Assembly: GCA_965249135.1 (NCBI GenBank)
Contig: OZ252220.1
Coordinates: 2,016,001 to 2,080,000 of the forward strand
Length of the DNA stretch: 64,000 bases
From: Alphaproteobacteria bacterium
GTDB taxonomy: Bacteria > Pseudomonadota > Alphaproteobacteria > GCA-2746255
Direction: 5' to 3'
Shown: in pieces, positions 29,585-40,030 of the stretch
How positions within the stretch are numbered: the first letter of the stretch is position 1
Layout: each line of letters opens with the position of its first letter
Notes under the pieces: generated by a model
Database searches by the model: none
What the model was told of the DNA's origin: nothing
The model's input: the letters and a program-made list of their open reading frames with translations, nothing else
Position numbers and translations under genes: made by a program

Positions 29585-30990
29585 AAGAAACGACCTCTCG
29601 CCTTACGTATAGCTTCCCGTACGTTTTCCGGTGCTGTACCGCCGGCGCTCGTCCGGCTTTCGACGGAACGCTCGACGCCCAGCACATCGAAAACGGCCTC
29701 CGTGATTCCAGCCTCGACGCGCTGCATATCTCCAATGAAGAGCGCTTCCAGGCCGACGCCCTTCTTCTCCGCCTGCTTCACGAGCTCGCCGGTGACGCGA
29801 TGGGCCTCGCGGAAGCTGAGTCCAAGCACCCGGACCAGCCAGTCGGCGAGATCCGTCGCCGTCGTATAGCCTTCGCCCGCCGCCACATGCATCCGCTCCT
29901 TATCCACCTCGAGGTCGACAACCATGCCGGTCATCGCGGCGAGGCACAGAAGCAAGGTATCAGTCGTATCAAACACCGGCTCCTTGTCCTCCTGCATGTC
30001 CTTGCTATAGGTGAGCGGCAGCCCCTTCATCACGATGAGAAGGGCGGAAAGCGCGCCCAGGATCCGGCCTGTCTTGCCACGAACGAGTTCGGCGGCATCC
30101 GGATTGCGCTTTTGGGGCATGATCGAGCTGCCCGTCGAAAAGGCGTCGGAAAGGCGTACAAAGCCAAACGCCGTGCTTGACCAAAGCACGATCTCTTCGG
30201 CCAGCCGCGATAGGTGTGTCGCCGCAATCGCCGCAGTGCTCAGAAATTCCAACGCAAAGTCCCGATCGCTCACGGCGTCCATCGAGTTTGCCATTGGGCG
30301 GTCGAAGCCAAGGGTTGCCGCCGTCATCTCCCGATCGATGGGGAAGGACGTTCCGGCAAGCGCCGCCGCACCGAGCGGACTTTCGTTCAGCCGCTTCCGA
30401 CAATCCTGAAACCGTCCCCGGTCGCGCCCGAACATCTCGACATAGGCCAGAAGATGATGGCCGAAGGATACCGGTTGGGCCGCCTGGAGATGCGTGAAGC
30501 CGGGCAGCAAGGTCTCGGCGTGCTCTTCGGCCCGGTCGATCAGTGCCGCCTGCAGCTCCCGGATCGCAAGGTCGCACGCGTCGATCGCCTCCCGCACCCA
30601 AAGCCGAAGGTCGGTGGCCACCTGATCGTTCCGCGAACGCGCCGTATGCAGTTTCCCTGCGGCGTTGCCGATAAGCTCCCGAAGCCGTACTTCGATATTC
30701 ATGTGGATGTCCTCAAACACCGTCTTGAACTCAAATTCACCTTTCTCGATCTCCGCTTCGATTCGCTCAAGACCCATGAGAATTTCCTCACCGTCCTTGC
30801 GATCCAGAATCCCAGTCGCGATGAGCATGGCGCAATGCGCCTTCGAGCCGGCGATGTCCTGCGCATAAAGGCGCTTGTCAAAGCCGATGGAAGCATTAAT
30901 TGTCTCAAGGACAGCATCCGGGCCGCCGTCAAAACGGCCCTGCCGTATTGTTCGGTTGCCATCCTTCGCGGAGGAGGTCTTTGGTTTCAT
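29581..30990 (-). CDS. argH: Argininosuccinate lyase
   Basis: [17 protein letters not shown] and [11 protein letters not shown]. Confidence 0.97.
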   Translation of the reverse strand: MKPKTSSAKDGNRTIRQGRFDGGPDAVLETINASIGFDKRLYAQDIAGSKAHCAMLIATGILDRKDGEEILMGLERIEAEIEKGEFEFKTVFEDIHMNIEVRLRELIGNAAGKLHTARSRNDQVATDLRLWVREAIDACDLAIRELQAALIDRAEEHAETLLPGFTHLQAAQPVSFGHHLLAYVEMFGRDRGRFQDCRKRLNESPLGAAALAGTSFPIDREMTAATLGFDRPMANSMDAVSDRDFALEFLSTAAIAATHLSRLAEEIVLWSSTAFGFVRLSDAFSTGSSIMPQKRNPDAAELVRGKTGRILGALSALLIVMKGLPLTYSKDMQEDKEPVFDTTDTLLLCLAAMTGMVVDLEVDKERMHVAAGEGYTTATDLADWLVRVLGLSFREAHRVTGELVKQAEKKGVGLEALFIGDMQRVEAGITEAVFDVLGVERSVESRTSAGGTAPENVREAIRKARGRFL

Positions 30991-31010
30991 GTCACAATAC
31001 AAGATTCACA

Positions 31011-31592
31011 GTGTCTAACCGCTTACGTCTAATTCTCTTTTTGGGAGCGTTTGCCGTTCTTGCCAGTCTTGCGGTCTGGTGGTGGCAACCCAACCGCGTG
31101 CCGGCTGAACGCCCCGTGCCAACGGTCCAGCACTTTACGCCGCTTTCAAAGCCCCGACCAGTACCGGATGTGGTCTTCTATGACGGGGATGAATCGGAAC
31201 GACGCTTTGCGGATTTTCGCGGAAAGGGGATCGTTCTGAACTTCTGGGCCACTTGGTGTGGTCCTTGCGTCCGTGAAATGCCGACCCTCGATCGGTTGGC
31301 GGATCGGATCGCCAAGGATGACATTGTCGTTCTCCCGCTTTCCCAGGACCGCAAGGGACTTGCGGTCGTGAAACCCTTCTATAAGCGCCTCGGAATAAAA
31401 AATCTCGAGATTTATCTAGATCCGAAAGGCAAGGCAGCAGGTCCGTTTGGCCTGGAATCCCTGCCCGTCACCGTCTTCGTCGATCGCGAGGGCCTGATGG
31501 TCGGAAGCCTCACCGGCCTTGCCGAGTGGGATTCCCCGGAAGCCATCGCACTCATCCGCTCTTATCTTGGGAAATCGGCTGCCCGGGATTAG
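31011..31592 (+). CDS. TlpA family disulfide reductase
   Basis: TM anchor and LNFWATWCGPC; divergent from argH. Confidence 0.9.
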   Translation: MSNRLRLILFLGAFAVLASLAVWWWQPNRVPAERPVPTVQHFTPLSKPRPVPDVVFYDGDESERRFADFRGKGIVLNFWATWCGPCVREMPTLDRLADRIAKDDIVVLPLSQDRKGLAVVKPFYKRLGIKNLEIYLDPKGKAAGPFGLESLPVTVFVDREGLMVGSLTGLAEWDSPEAIALIRSYLGKSAARD

Positions 31593-32461
31593 CGAGTGGG
31601 CACGGGCTCTGCGCCGGAGTAGTCGTAAAAGCCGCGTTTTGTCTTTCGACCCAGCCAACCGGCTTCGACGTATTTCACCAGCAGCGGGCAGGGGCGATAC
31701 TTCGTGTCCGCCAAACCCTCGTTCAATACCTGCATGATGGAGAGGCAGACGTCGAGTCCGATGAAATCGGCGAGCTCCAGCGGTCCCATCCGGTGGTTTG
31801 CACCCAATCGCATGGCGCGATCGATCTCTTCGACGGAGCCGACGCCCTCATAGAGGATGTAGATCGCCTCGTTGATCATAGGAACGAGAATACGGTTCAC
31901 AATGAAAGCTGGAAAATCTTCCGCAACGGAGACGGTTTTCCCAATCCGCTTCGCAAGGTCCTGGATCGTGTGAAACGTCTCGTCATTCGTCGCAATCCCG
32001 CGAATCAACTCGATCAGCTCCATAACCGGCACGGGGTTCATGAAATGCATGCCGATAAATTTCTCCGGTCGGTCCGTTACCGAAGCGAGCTTTGTAACCG
32101 AAATCGACGAGGTGTTCGTAGCGACGATAGCGTCTGGCTTTAGATTTGGAACAAGCTCTTCCAAAATCTTCGACTTCACTTGTTCATCTTCGGTCGCGGC
32201 TTCGATCACAAGATCACACTCCTTGAAGGATGCGTAATCCGTCGTTGTATGAATCCGTTTGAGAGCTGCGTCCTGATCGTCCTCCGAGATTTTTCCGCGG
32301 CTGATTTGGCGGGCCATATTATGCTTGATCGTATCCATCGCCTTGTTCAGTCGTTCATCGCTCACGTCCTTGAGCGCGATATCCATACCGGCGAGCGCCA
32401 GCACATGGGTAATGCCGCTGCCCATTTGCCCTGCGCCGATAACACCAACTTTTTCAATCAT
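31589..32461 (-). CDS. hbd: 3-hydroxybutyryl-CoA dehydrogenase
   Basis: GAGQMGSG, NTSS, GMHFMNP, FIVNRIL and GPLELAD. Confidence 0.92.
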   Translation of the reverse strand: MIEKVGVIGAGQMGSGITHVLALAGMDIALKDVSDERLNKAMDTIKHNMARQISRGKISEDDQDAALKRIHTTTDYASFKECDLVIEAATEDEQVKSKILEELVPNLKPDAIVATNTSSISVTKLASVTDRPEKFIGMHFMNPVPVMELIELIRGIATNDETFHTIQDLAKRIGKTVSVAEDFPAFIVNRILVPMINEAIYILYEGVGSVEEIDRAMRLGANHRMGPLELADFIGLDVCLSIMQVLNEGLADTKYRPCPLLVKYVEAGWLGRKTKRGFYDYSGAEPVPTR

Positions 32462-32494
32462 AAGATGGACTCTTCCGACCGACTCTCAAGCTGG

Positions 32495-33427
32495 TTATAG
32501 CACCTTGTCGAGTTCTTCCGCCAGCGCCGGTAAGGCTTTGAACAAATCCTCGACCAATCCGTAGTCGGCCACTTGGAAAATGGGCGCTTCCTCGTCCTTG
32601 TTGATGGCAACAATTACCTTGCTGTCTTTCATCCCCGCCAGGTGCTGAATCGCCCCCGAGATGCCAACGGCAATGTACAACTCTGGCGCGACGATCTTCC
32701 CGGTCTGACCAACCTGATAATTGCTGGGAACGAAACCCGCATCGACGGCCGCTCGAGAAGCGCCGATGGCCGCTCCCAGACGATCGGCGATTTCTTCCAA
32801 GAGTTTGAAATTTTCACCGCTTTGCATGCCGCGTCCACCGGAAATGATGATCCGTGCGCTGGTCAGCTCGGGGCGTTCCGATTTGCTCAATTCCTGTCCC
32901 ATGAAACTGGAAAGATCGCTTGCTTCTATTGCTTCCGCGGTTTCGATGGTGGCCGATCCCCCTTCCGCGTTCGCTGCCTGGAAGGCGGTAGCACGTACGG
33001 TGATGACCTTGATTGGATCCGAGGATTGCACGGTCGCAAGCGCATTTCCGGCGTAGATCGGACGCACGAACGTATCCGCAGAAAGGATTCCCACAATGTC
33101 GGAAATTTGTGCGACGTCGAGTAGCGCTGCAACGCGCGGTAAAACATTCTTCCCAAACGTCGTCGAAGGGGCAAGCACATGGCTGTAAGCGCCGGCGAGT
33201 TTAACGACAAGCGGGGCAAGGCTTTCGGCAAGCGCATGATTGTATTGTTCCTCGTTCGCTGCGAGGACTTTCGTAACTCCTTCGATCCGTGCCGCTGCCT
33301 TTGCGTCTCCTTTACCGGCAAGCAGAAGATGTACGTCCGTATCCAGTTCGCGGGCGGCCGCAACGGTATGCCGGGTCGCGGGCCGGATCCCGGTCTCGTC
33401 GTGTTCGGCGATTACAAGAACACTCAT
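32495..33427 (-). CDS. etfA: Electron transfer flavoprotein alpha subunit
   Basis: [15 protein letters not shown] and [11 protein letters not shown]. Confidence 0.97.
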   Translation of the reverse strand: MSVLVIAEHDETGIRPATRHTVAAARELDTDVHLLLAGKGDAKAAARIEGVTKVLAANEEQYNHALAESLAPLVVKLAGAYSHVLAPSTTFGKNVLPRVAALLDVAQISDIVGILSADTFVRPIYAGNALATVQSSDPIKVITVRATAFQAANAEGGSATIETAEAIEASDLSSFMGQELSKSERPELTSARIIISGGRGMQSGENFKLLEEIADRLGAAIGASRAAVDAGFVPSNYQVGQTGKIVAPELYIAVGISGAIQHLAGMKDSKVIVAINKDEEAPIFQVADYGLVEDLFKALPALAEELDKVL

Positions 33428-34179
33428 CCAAGGACCCCGGCTTCGTTTTTGAGTTTGTCGACCAGTTCCGTGACGCTCCCGACCTTGACGCCTGTTTCCC
33501 GCTTCGGGGGCTCCTCAACCTTCAGCAGCTTTAGCCTTGGGCTTGCATCGATGCCAAGTTCCTCCGCTTTTAGGATGTCGAGCGGCTTCTGTTTTGCCTT
33601 CATGATATTCGGAAGTGAAGCATAGCGTGGCTCGTTCAGGCGAAGATCCGTCGTTATGATCGCCGGAAGTTTTAAGGAAACCGTCTCAAGACCACCGTCG
33701 ACTTCACGTACAACTTCTGCCTTGCCATCATCCTTTATCGTCACCTTCGAAGCAAAGGTCCCCTGCGGCCAGCCAAGAAGAGCGGCCAGCATCTGACCGG
33801 TCTGATTGCTGTCGTCGTCAATGGCCTGCTTGCCGGCAAGCACGAGATCGATTTCTTCCTTTTCAACCACCGCTTTTAGGGTTTTTGCGACAGCGAGCGG
33901 TTCCATATCGGTTTCCGTCTCGACGAGGATTGCACGATCCGCCCCCATGGCCAGCGCCGTGCGAAGCGTTTCTTGGCATTTCGGAACGCCGATCGAAACA
34001 ACAACGATTTCGGTAACCACCCCACCTTCCTTCAAACGAACCGCCTCCTCGATGGCGATCTCGTCGAAGGGATTCATCGACATCTTTACATTGGCGGTCT
34101 CGACGCCCGTGTTATCCGCCTTCACCCGAACACGAACGTTGTAATCAATGACCCGTTTAACGGCGACGAGTGCTTTCAT
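33424..34179 (-). CDS. etfB: Electron transfer flavoprotein beta subunit
   Basis: [16 protein letters not shown] and LNEPRYASL. Confidence 0.97.
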   Translation of the reverse strand: MKALVAVKRVIDYNVRVRVKADNTGVETANVKMSMNPFDEIAIEEAVRLKEGGVVTEIVVVSIGVPKCQETLRTALAMGADRAILVETETDMEPLAVAKTLKAVVEKEEIDLVLAGKQAIDDDSNQTGQMLAALLGWPQGTFASKVTIKDDGKAEVVREVDGGLETVSLKLPAIITTDLRLNEPRYASLPNIMKAKQKPLDILKAEELGIDASPRLKLLKVEEPPKRETGVKVGSVTELVDKLKNEAGVLG

Positions 34180-34343
34180 CAGAAATAAGTAAAGTTGAGA
34201 AAACCGATCGATTGGCTGGTTCAGGGATTAAGATCGGCGCTGGTCAAATCAACCCGGCCACCGCTTTTCGCCGTCGCACAGTAAGGGCGCATAAGGGAGG
34301 TGTCAATTCTAAGGAGGGGGAATTTGGAAGGATTGGGAAGGGG

Positions 34344-34901
34344 TTAACGATTGGCGCCCGGGCGCCAGAGGACGTCTTCCTTGCCGTCGTCGTTCAGGTG
34401 CCGGGTGAGAACGAACAGAAGATCGGACAGACGGTTCACATAGCGGATGGCGATGGGATTGACGGATTCCTTGCTCGCGAGCTCCGTCATTTGGCGCTCG
34501 GCGCGCCGAACGACGGTGCGTGCAAGATGAAGATAAGCGGCGGCCGGATTCCCTCCGGGCAGAACGAAAGAATCGAGAGGCGCCAGCTTGGCATTGATCG
34601 TGTCGATTTCCTCTTCAAGCCGAGTGACCTGGGAGTCAACGATCCGAAGGACATTCTCCTTCCCATCCTCCGGTGTGCAAAGGTCGGCCCCTAAATCGAA
34701 AAGGTCGTCCTGAATGCGACGCAGGATATCATCGGCCTTTCCACTGGTATGGAGGCGTGCGATCCCGATAACGGCGTTTGCTTCATCGATCGTTCCGTAA
34801 GCCGCGACGCGTAAGTCATGCTTTGGAACGCGCCCGCCTCCTCCAAGGGAAGTCTCTCCTTTGTCGCCACCGCGCGTGTAAATTTTTGTGAGCCGTACCA
34901 T
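34344..34901 (-). CDS. PduO-type cob(I)alamin adenosyltransferase
   Basis: KIYTRGGDKGET, YGTIDE, RRAER and YVNRLSD. Confidence 0.93.
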   Translation of the reverse strand: MVRLTKIYTRGGDKGETSLGGGGRVPKHDLRVAAYGTIDEANAVIGIARLHTSGKADDILRRIQDDLFDLGADLCTPEDGKENVLRIVDSQVTRLEEEIDTINAKLAPLDSFVLPGGNPAAAYLHLARTVVRRAERQMTELASKESVNPIAIRYVNRLSDLLFVLTRHLNDDGKEDVLWRPGANR

Positions 34902-34910
34902 CGTGCTTAA

Positions 34911-35120
34911 TTAGCTTTGCGTTGTCAGAAGAAACATCAGCGCGAGGAGGACAATGGCGACCCCCTGCGTGATGACGCGCCAGCGCATGAGCTTGTTTGA
35001 ATATTTCGCGTTAAATTCGCCGCCTCGGAACATGGCAACGATGCCCGTCGCCAACACGGCAAGAACTGCGAACAGGGCGAGCCCAATGAGATAGGGAAGG
35101 ATATCCTTAAGCATTTCCAT
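34911..35120 (-). CDS. Twin-transmembrane small protein (HIG1-like)
   Basis: Two TM helices flanking SNKLMRWRV..Q. Confidence 0.85.
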   Translation of the reverse strand: MEMLKDILPYLIGLALFAVLAVLATGIVAMFRGGEFNAKYSNKLMRWRVITQGVAIVLLALMFLLTTQS

Positions 35121-35205
35121 ATGGAAAGCTTAGCCCGCCATCCGTCGGAGACCCAGCAAAAAGAAGCCGCTTGATTTAGGACAGGAAGGTCTCAAGCGTC
35201 ATGCC

Positions 35206-35475
35206 TTACGCACCTTGAGAGGGGAAAAACTCGGCGACATCTCCCGGCATCTTCAGTGCGGCTTTCTCCGCCGCGATCAGATCCGACTCACCGTTTTTGT
35301 CCACGGCACAAACCGCGCGCCCGTCCTTGAACAGAAGCGCGTTGGCCTTCGGGTGTAGAACTGGCTTCGCGTAGCGGTAGGTTTTCACGGCGAGGCCGTA
35401 GGGCGTCGGGGCCCCGTTCGCATCGGCGTACCCCTCGGCCTCGATGAGAGTTGAAAATTCCAGATACTTTATCAT
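35206..35475 (-). CDS. Hypothetical protein (89 aa), third gene of a phage-like cassette
   Basis: ATGA-coupled to the upstream ORF. Confidence 0.65.
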   Translation of the reverse strand: MIKYLEFSTLIEAEGYADANGAPTPYGLAVKTYRYAKPVLHPKANALLFKDGRAVCAVDKNGESDLIAAEKAALKMPGDVAEFFPSQGA

Positions 35476-36269
35476 GAAAGCGTGATCCCATATTTCGCTG
35501 CGAAATGGTTCCGCAAGGTCATCTGTTCGTCGGCGCTTGGGATGGAGGAATAAAGCGCGACCTCCGCGATCTTGCCGTCGTAATCACGCCCGCTCGACCA
35601 GTCCGCCCCAAGATGGAGGTCGGCAGCCGCGTCGCTGGTAGCCGTCCCCACTGGAGTGACGGCTTCGGTCAGCGTATTCACGACCCCATCTACTCTAATT
35701 ATTGGGTCGTTCGACACGCTGTCCCTGTCATATTCAATTTCGACAAGGTGGGTTTGCCCCGCCACGATCGGACGGATGGGGTTGGACGTAATCCAGTTTG
35801 GGGATGCTGTATCGAAATCTTGCCAGAAGGTAATGCGCCCCGCTCCGCCACTCTCAGCGGAGATATAAAATCCCCACCCAACGACACCAGAAGCGTCCTT
35901 CGCAACAACACGCTCCCAATCATCCGGGTTCTTGATCTGGTCGGCGTTCATCACCACAGCAACGTAACCACCAGCAGCAAATAGATTATCAATGGTGGTG
36001 TCGGCCGGAACGTCCAAACGGTCAACCGCGCTGACCCCAACGAAGTCAACGGCCGGAAAACCGTTAACTGTGCCTGGCGGCGGTTGCTTCATCGCCGTCC
36101 CTTGCGCGGCGTGGTTGCCGTTCCCGGAGAAGTCATCCCATTGCGAGATGGCGCTTCCATTCATCGTGAGCGGCGACTTGTTCCCGACGAGCCAGAGCGC
36201 AAGTCCCGGAATCGCGGCCGGCGAAAAGGCCGCCCCCGGATTTAGAAGAGCCCCCGCCTTGCCGAGCAT
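35472..36269 (-). CDS. LamG/concanavalin-like jelly-roll protein resembling virion spike or fibre proteins
   Basis: FSPAAIPGLALWL...SQWDDFSGNGNHAAQ N-terminus and YDGKIAEVALYS...KYGI C-terminus; start at the TAATG overlap (36267-36271). Confidence 0.7.
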   Translation of the reverse strand: MLGKAGALLNPGAAFSPAAIPGLALWLVGNKSPLTMNGSAISQWDDFSGNGNHAAQGTAMKQPPPGTVNGFPAVDFVGVSAVDRLDVPADTTIDNLFAAGGYVAVVMNADQIKNPDDWERVVAKDASGVVGWGFYISAESGGAGRITFWQDFDTASPNWITSNPIRPIVAGQTHLVEIEYDRDSVSNDPIIRVDGVVNTLTEAVTPVGTATSDAAADLHLGADWSSGRDYDGKIAEVALYSSIPSADEQMTLRNHFAAKYGITLS

Positions 36270-36604
36270 TACTCCAGCTCCGAGACGTAGAGCGTGACGT
36301 CCGCGCTCGCGCGGATTGCCGCGAGATGGGTGTCCCGTCCCGCCTTTCCCTGACCGAGAGAAAGATAAAGATAGGTTCCGCCGGGAAGGTAATGGTCCGT
36401 CGCTGCGGCCACGACGGTCGAATCGCCGCTGCGGATGAAACTCGGCCCCGTCGCATAGACGGCAATCACGCGGGCAGCCGCATCGAAGGCTGTGGTGTTT
36501 CGCATGCTGGTCGCCGTCACGCCCAAGGAATGGGCCTTGCCGGCCTTGAGTCGGAGTGCCTGGATCGGCAGGTTGTCGTCGTCTCGGGGAAGGAGGGTCG
36601 TCAT
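36269..36604 (-). CDS. Hypothetical beta-rich protein (111 aa), putative virion structural/adaptor protein
   Basis: AGGAG RBS; beta-strand-rich sequence; first gene of the coupled cassette. Confidence 0.65.
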   Translation of the reverse strand: MTTLLPRDDDNLPIQALRLKAGKAHSLGVTATSMRNTTAFDAAARVIAVYATGPSFIRSGDSTVVAAATDHYLPGGTYLYLSLGQGKAGRDTHLAAIRASADVTLYVSELE

Positions 36605-36642
36605 GGGTAGCTCCTGGATTGGCGATAAGGAAAATTGGGCGC

Positions 36643-36672
36643 AAAAAACGCCCGCCGGCTGTGCCGTGGGCG
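36643..36672 (-). terminator. Intrinsic terminator-like hairpin between mcd and the cassette
   Basis: Minus strand CGCCCACGGCACAGCCGGCGGGCG-TTTTTT. Confidence 0.7.
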
Positions 36673-36695
36673 CCGGTCTTCCAAGGGTAGATAGG

Positions 36696-36725
36696 ATTTT
36701 ATTCCCTTTTTAGGGGATTTGTCAA
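36696..36725 (-). promoter_or_regulatory. Sigma70-type promoter facing the phage-like cassette
   Basis: Minus strand TTGACA-N18-TAAAAT. Confidence 0.6.
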
Positions 36726-36741
36726 GGCCGCGATGGGCCCA

Positions 36742-38445
36742 CTAATTGCGCTTGGCCAACAGTCCGCGGGTGATCACCTGGGCCTGGATTTCACCAGCCC
36801 CTTCAAAAATATTGAGAATCCGCGCATCGCACAGGACCCGGCTGATGGCGTATTCCTCCGCATAGCCGTTGCCGCCGTGAATCTGGAGTGCGTTGTCGGC
36901 GCTCGCCCAGGCGATCCGGGCCGCCAACAGCTTCGCCATGCCCGCCTCGACGTCGCAACGTCGCTCTGCATCCTTCTCGCGCGCGGCAAAATAGGTAAGC
37001 TGCCGTGCTAGCATGATTTCCGCCGCCATCGAGGCAACCTTTCCCGCGACCCGGGGGAATTCATAAATCGACTGTCCGAATTGGATCCGCTCGAGTGCAT
37101 AGCGAAGACCGAGCTCCATCGCATTCTGGGCAACGCCCACCGCGCGGGCCGCTGTTTGAACGCGCGCACTCTCGAAGGTTGCCATCAATTGCTTGAAGCC
37201 CTCGCCCTCCTTCTCGCCGAGCAGGTTTTCCGCCGGCACCTCAAAATCATCGAAGCCGATCTCATATTCTTTCATCCCCCGGTAGCCGAGCACCTTGATC
37301 TCCCCGCCGGACATGCCCGGACCCGGGAAAGGATCGGCATCGCTGCCACGCGGTTTTTCCGCGAGGAACATGCTTAAGCCCTTGTAACCTTTTTCATCCG
37401 GATTGGTGCGGACGAGCAGCGTCATGAGATCTGCCCGCGCGGCATGGGTGATCCAGGTCTTATTCCCGGTGACGCGATAGACCTCGGCGCCATCCGCATT
37501 CGTCGTCCGCACGGCGCGGGCACGCAGGCTTGCCAGATCCGAGCCGACATTCGGTTCTGTAAAAACGGCCGTCGGCAAGATTTCACCGTTCGCGATTCTT
37601 GGAAGGTAGCGTTCCTTCTGGGATGCAGTTCCATGATTTCGAATAAGCTCGGCGGCGATTTCCGATCGCGTGCCCAGAGAACCAACGCCGATATAGGCGC
37701 GACTCAATTCTTCCGTGACGACGCACATGGTGGTCTTGCTCAGCCCATGGCCACCGAACTCTTCCGGAATCGTGAGACCGAAGACACCCAACTCGCCCAT
37801 CTGCCGAAGAATATCCAGCGGGATAAGCTCGTCTTTAAGATGCCATTCATGGGCATAAGGCGTGATTTGCTCATCGGCAAAGCGATGAAACTGCTCCCGG
37901 ATCAATTCCAGGGTTTCATCGGCAAGGCCAAGTGCCCCGAAATTTCCGGTGTCGAGACTATCCCTTAACAATTCCGCAAGCCGCATCCTCAACCCGTCGC
38001 CCCTCCCGCGGAAGGCGAGTTCGTTTACCGACTCGTCCGCGACGAAGCCCCTGAACGGGCCTTCCTCGATGCCAAGATCACTTGGGCGAACGATTTCGAC
38101 CTGGCTCATAGCGATACCGCCTGCGATTTGTGCGAGGTATTCCCCGAAGGCGATCTCAAGAATCAGTGCTTCGCATTCACCGAATTCACCCGCGTCCTTC
38201 AGTCGCTCTGCCCAGCCGTACAGTTGGCGGAGCCCTTCCACGTAGGTCGCAAGCCAGGCGAATCCATGAGCGGCAAACTGGTGGCGATCGAGCAATTCCC
38301 CCTTGATTTGGTCGTTCTCGACGACACGGGCCGTGACGGCATCTTTCGCCGCTTCGACAAGGCGGTCCGCCGCGGCAAGGGCTGCCGCCGTCGTCTGCAG
38401 GGAATCGGGAAGGGGAGGCGCAGTCTTGGCAGCCATGTCACTCAT
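36742..38445 (-). CDS. mcd: Acyl-CoA dehydrogenase, likely (2S)-methylsuccinyl-CoA dehydrogenase
   Basis: N-terminal extension HQFAAHGFAWLATYVE, FTEPNVGSD and IFEG; adjacent to ccr and ecm. Confidence 0.85.
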   Translation of the reverse strand: MSDMAAKTAPPLPDSLQTTAAALAAADRLVEAAKDAVTARVVENDQIKGELLDRHQFAAHGFAWLATYVEGLRQLYGWAERLKDAGEFGECEALILEIAFGEYLAQIAGGIAMSQVEIVRPSDLGIEEGPFRGFVADESVNELAFRGRGDGLRMRLAELLRDSLDTGNFGALGLADETLELIREQFHRFADEQITPYAHEWHLKDELIPLDILRQMGELGVFGLTIPEEFGGHGLSKTTMCVVTEELSRAYIGVGSLGTRSEIAAELIRNHGTASQKERYLPRIANGEILPTAVFTEPNVGSDLASLRARAVRTTNADGAEVYRVTGNKTWITHAARADLMTLLVRTNPDEKGYKGLSMFLAEKPRGSDADPFPGPGMSGGEIKVLGYRGMKEYEIGFDDFEVPAENLLGEKEGEGFKQLMATFESARVQTAARAVGVAQNAMELGLRYALERIQFGQSIYEFPRVAGKVASMAAEIMLARQLTYFAAREKDAERRCDVEAGMAKLLAARIAWASADNALQIHGGNGYAEEYAISRVLCDARILNIFEGAGEIQAQVITRGLLAKRN

Positions 38446-38542
38446 GATCGGATCCGAAATCTTCTTTCGCAGAAAAGCGAATGCGCTGCGAAGGCCTCTA
38501 ATGTGAACCGGCGTGGCGTGAGGACGAAATCAAAAACGACGC

Positions 38543-39826
38543 TTATTCCTCTACGACATCTTCAAAGGTGCGCAGCCCTGGGCGCCTGGCTTGAACCAGC
38601 ACGGCCATATTGCCGGGCTTGTGCTTGTTCTTCCACATCTTGGTATGGGCACGCGCGATGTCCTCCCAGGCGAAGACCTCCGACATGCAAGGATCGATCC
38701 GCCGATCGATGACCAACTGGTTGGCTTGAGTCGCTTGCTTCAAGTGAGCGAAATGACTGCCCTGAATACGCTTCTGGCGCATCCAGACGAAGCGGGCATC
38801 GAAAGTAAGATTATAACCCGTCGTTCCGGCACAGAAGACGACCATGCCGCCACGCTTCACGACGAAACAGGAAACGGGAAATGTTTGTTCACCAGGATGT
38901 TCGAAAACGTAATCGACATCCACGCCCTTACCGGTGAATTCCCATATGGCACGACCAAATTCACGGCACCGCTTCATATAGTCGCCATAAGCTTTTACCT
39001 CTTCAACGTCGGGAAGAGGTCCCCAACAATCAAAATTCTTACGATTGATGGCACCTTTCGCGCCAAGAGATTTTACGTAATCGATCTTGTTGTCATCCGA
39101 AACGACGCCAATTGCATTCGCACCTGCCGTTGCAATAAGCTGGACCGCCATCGATCCAAGTCCGCCGGAAGCCCCCCATACCAGCACGTTATGGCCGGGC
39201 CGCAGGATATGCGGTCGATGGCCGAACAACATGCGATAGGCCGTGGCCAGGGTCAGCGTGTAGCAGCCGCTTTCTTCCCACGTCAGGTGCTTTGCCCGCG
39301 GCATCAATTGCCGGGCTTGCACTCGCGCAAATTGCGCGAAGGAGCCGTCCGGGGTCTCATAGCCCCAGATCCGCTGGGAGGGGGAAAGCATCGGGTCGCC
39401 GCCGTTACATTCCACGTCGTCGCCATCGTCCTGGTTGCAGTGGATGACGACTTCGTCCCCTACCTTCCAGTTGTTCACCTTGCTGCCGACGGCCCACACG
39501 ATACCGGACGCATCTGAACCCGCAACGTGAAAATCCGCCTTATGGATGTCGAAGGGAGAGACCGGTGTGCCAAGGGAGGCCCAGATGCCATTGAAATTAA
39601 CGCCGGCTGCCATGACTTGGACAAGGACCTCATGGGAATCGATTTCCGGCGTCGGCAGGACTTCGATCTGCATGGCCTTCTCGGGCTCGCCATGACGCTC
39701 GCGCCGGATGGCCCACCCGTACATGTTTTTCGGGACGTGACCGAGCGGCGGGATCTCGCCGATTTCGTAAAGGTCCTTCTTCGCCGCGCCCGCGTTTAGT
39801 TCGACCACCTTGGCGGATTCATTCAT
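38543..39826 (-). CDS. ccr: Crotonyl-CoA carboxylase/reductase
   Basis: KDLYEIGEIPPLGHVP, IWGYET, WMRQKRIQGSHF and HKPGNM. Confidence 0.95.
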   Translation of the reverse strand: MNESAKVVELNAGAAKKDLYEIGEIPPLGHVPKNMYGWAIRRERHGEPEKAMQIEVLPTPEIDSHEVLVQVMAAGVNFNGIWASLGTPVSPFDIHKADFHVAGSDASGIVWAVGSKVNNWKVGDEVVIHCNQDDGDDVECNGGDPMLSPSQRIWGYETPDGSFAQFARVQARQLMPRAKHLTWEESGCYTLTLATAYRMLFGHRPHILRPGHNVLVWGASGGLGSMAVQLIATAGANAIGVVSDDNKIDYVKSLGAKGAINRKNFDCWGPLPDVEEVKAYGDYMKRCREFGRAIWEFTGKGVDVDYVFEHPGEQTFPVSCFVVKRGGMVVFCAGTTGYNLTFDARFVWMRQKRIQGSHFAHLKQATQANQLVIDRRIDPCMSEVFAWEDIARAHTKMWKNKHKPGNMAVLVQARRPGLRTFEDVVEE

Positions 39827-39896
39827 CGTCGTCCGGTCTCCCTCCGTCCCGAAAACATGCCGTCTTCCACCCGTAACATCTAGCGCCGGCCGAAAG

Positions 39897-39911
39897 TTTT
39901 TGCAATGCAAA
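39897..39911. promoter_or_regulatory. Palindromic TGC-N3-GCA site (PhaR-like) in the ccr/ecm divergent region
   Basis: TTTTGCAATGCAAAA next to an AT-rich intergenic stretch. Confidence 0.45.
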
Positions 39912-40030
39912 ATATATTAGTTTATTTCACTTAATAGATTATTTATATAATAATATGTCTTTTTTTTATATGACTTTGAAAGATTAACAATCATTTTGTG
40001 AGGAGGCCACAAAACCCTTAGCATTTGGCC

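Noticed and set aside
35472-36644. 390-aa ORF as called by the track
   Set aside because: The N-terminal 125 aa overlap the RBS-supported 111-aa ORF in another frame; the TAATG junction points to a start at 36269.
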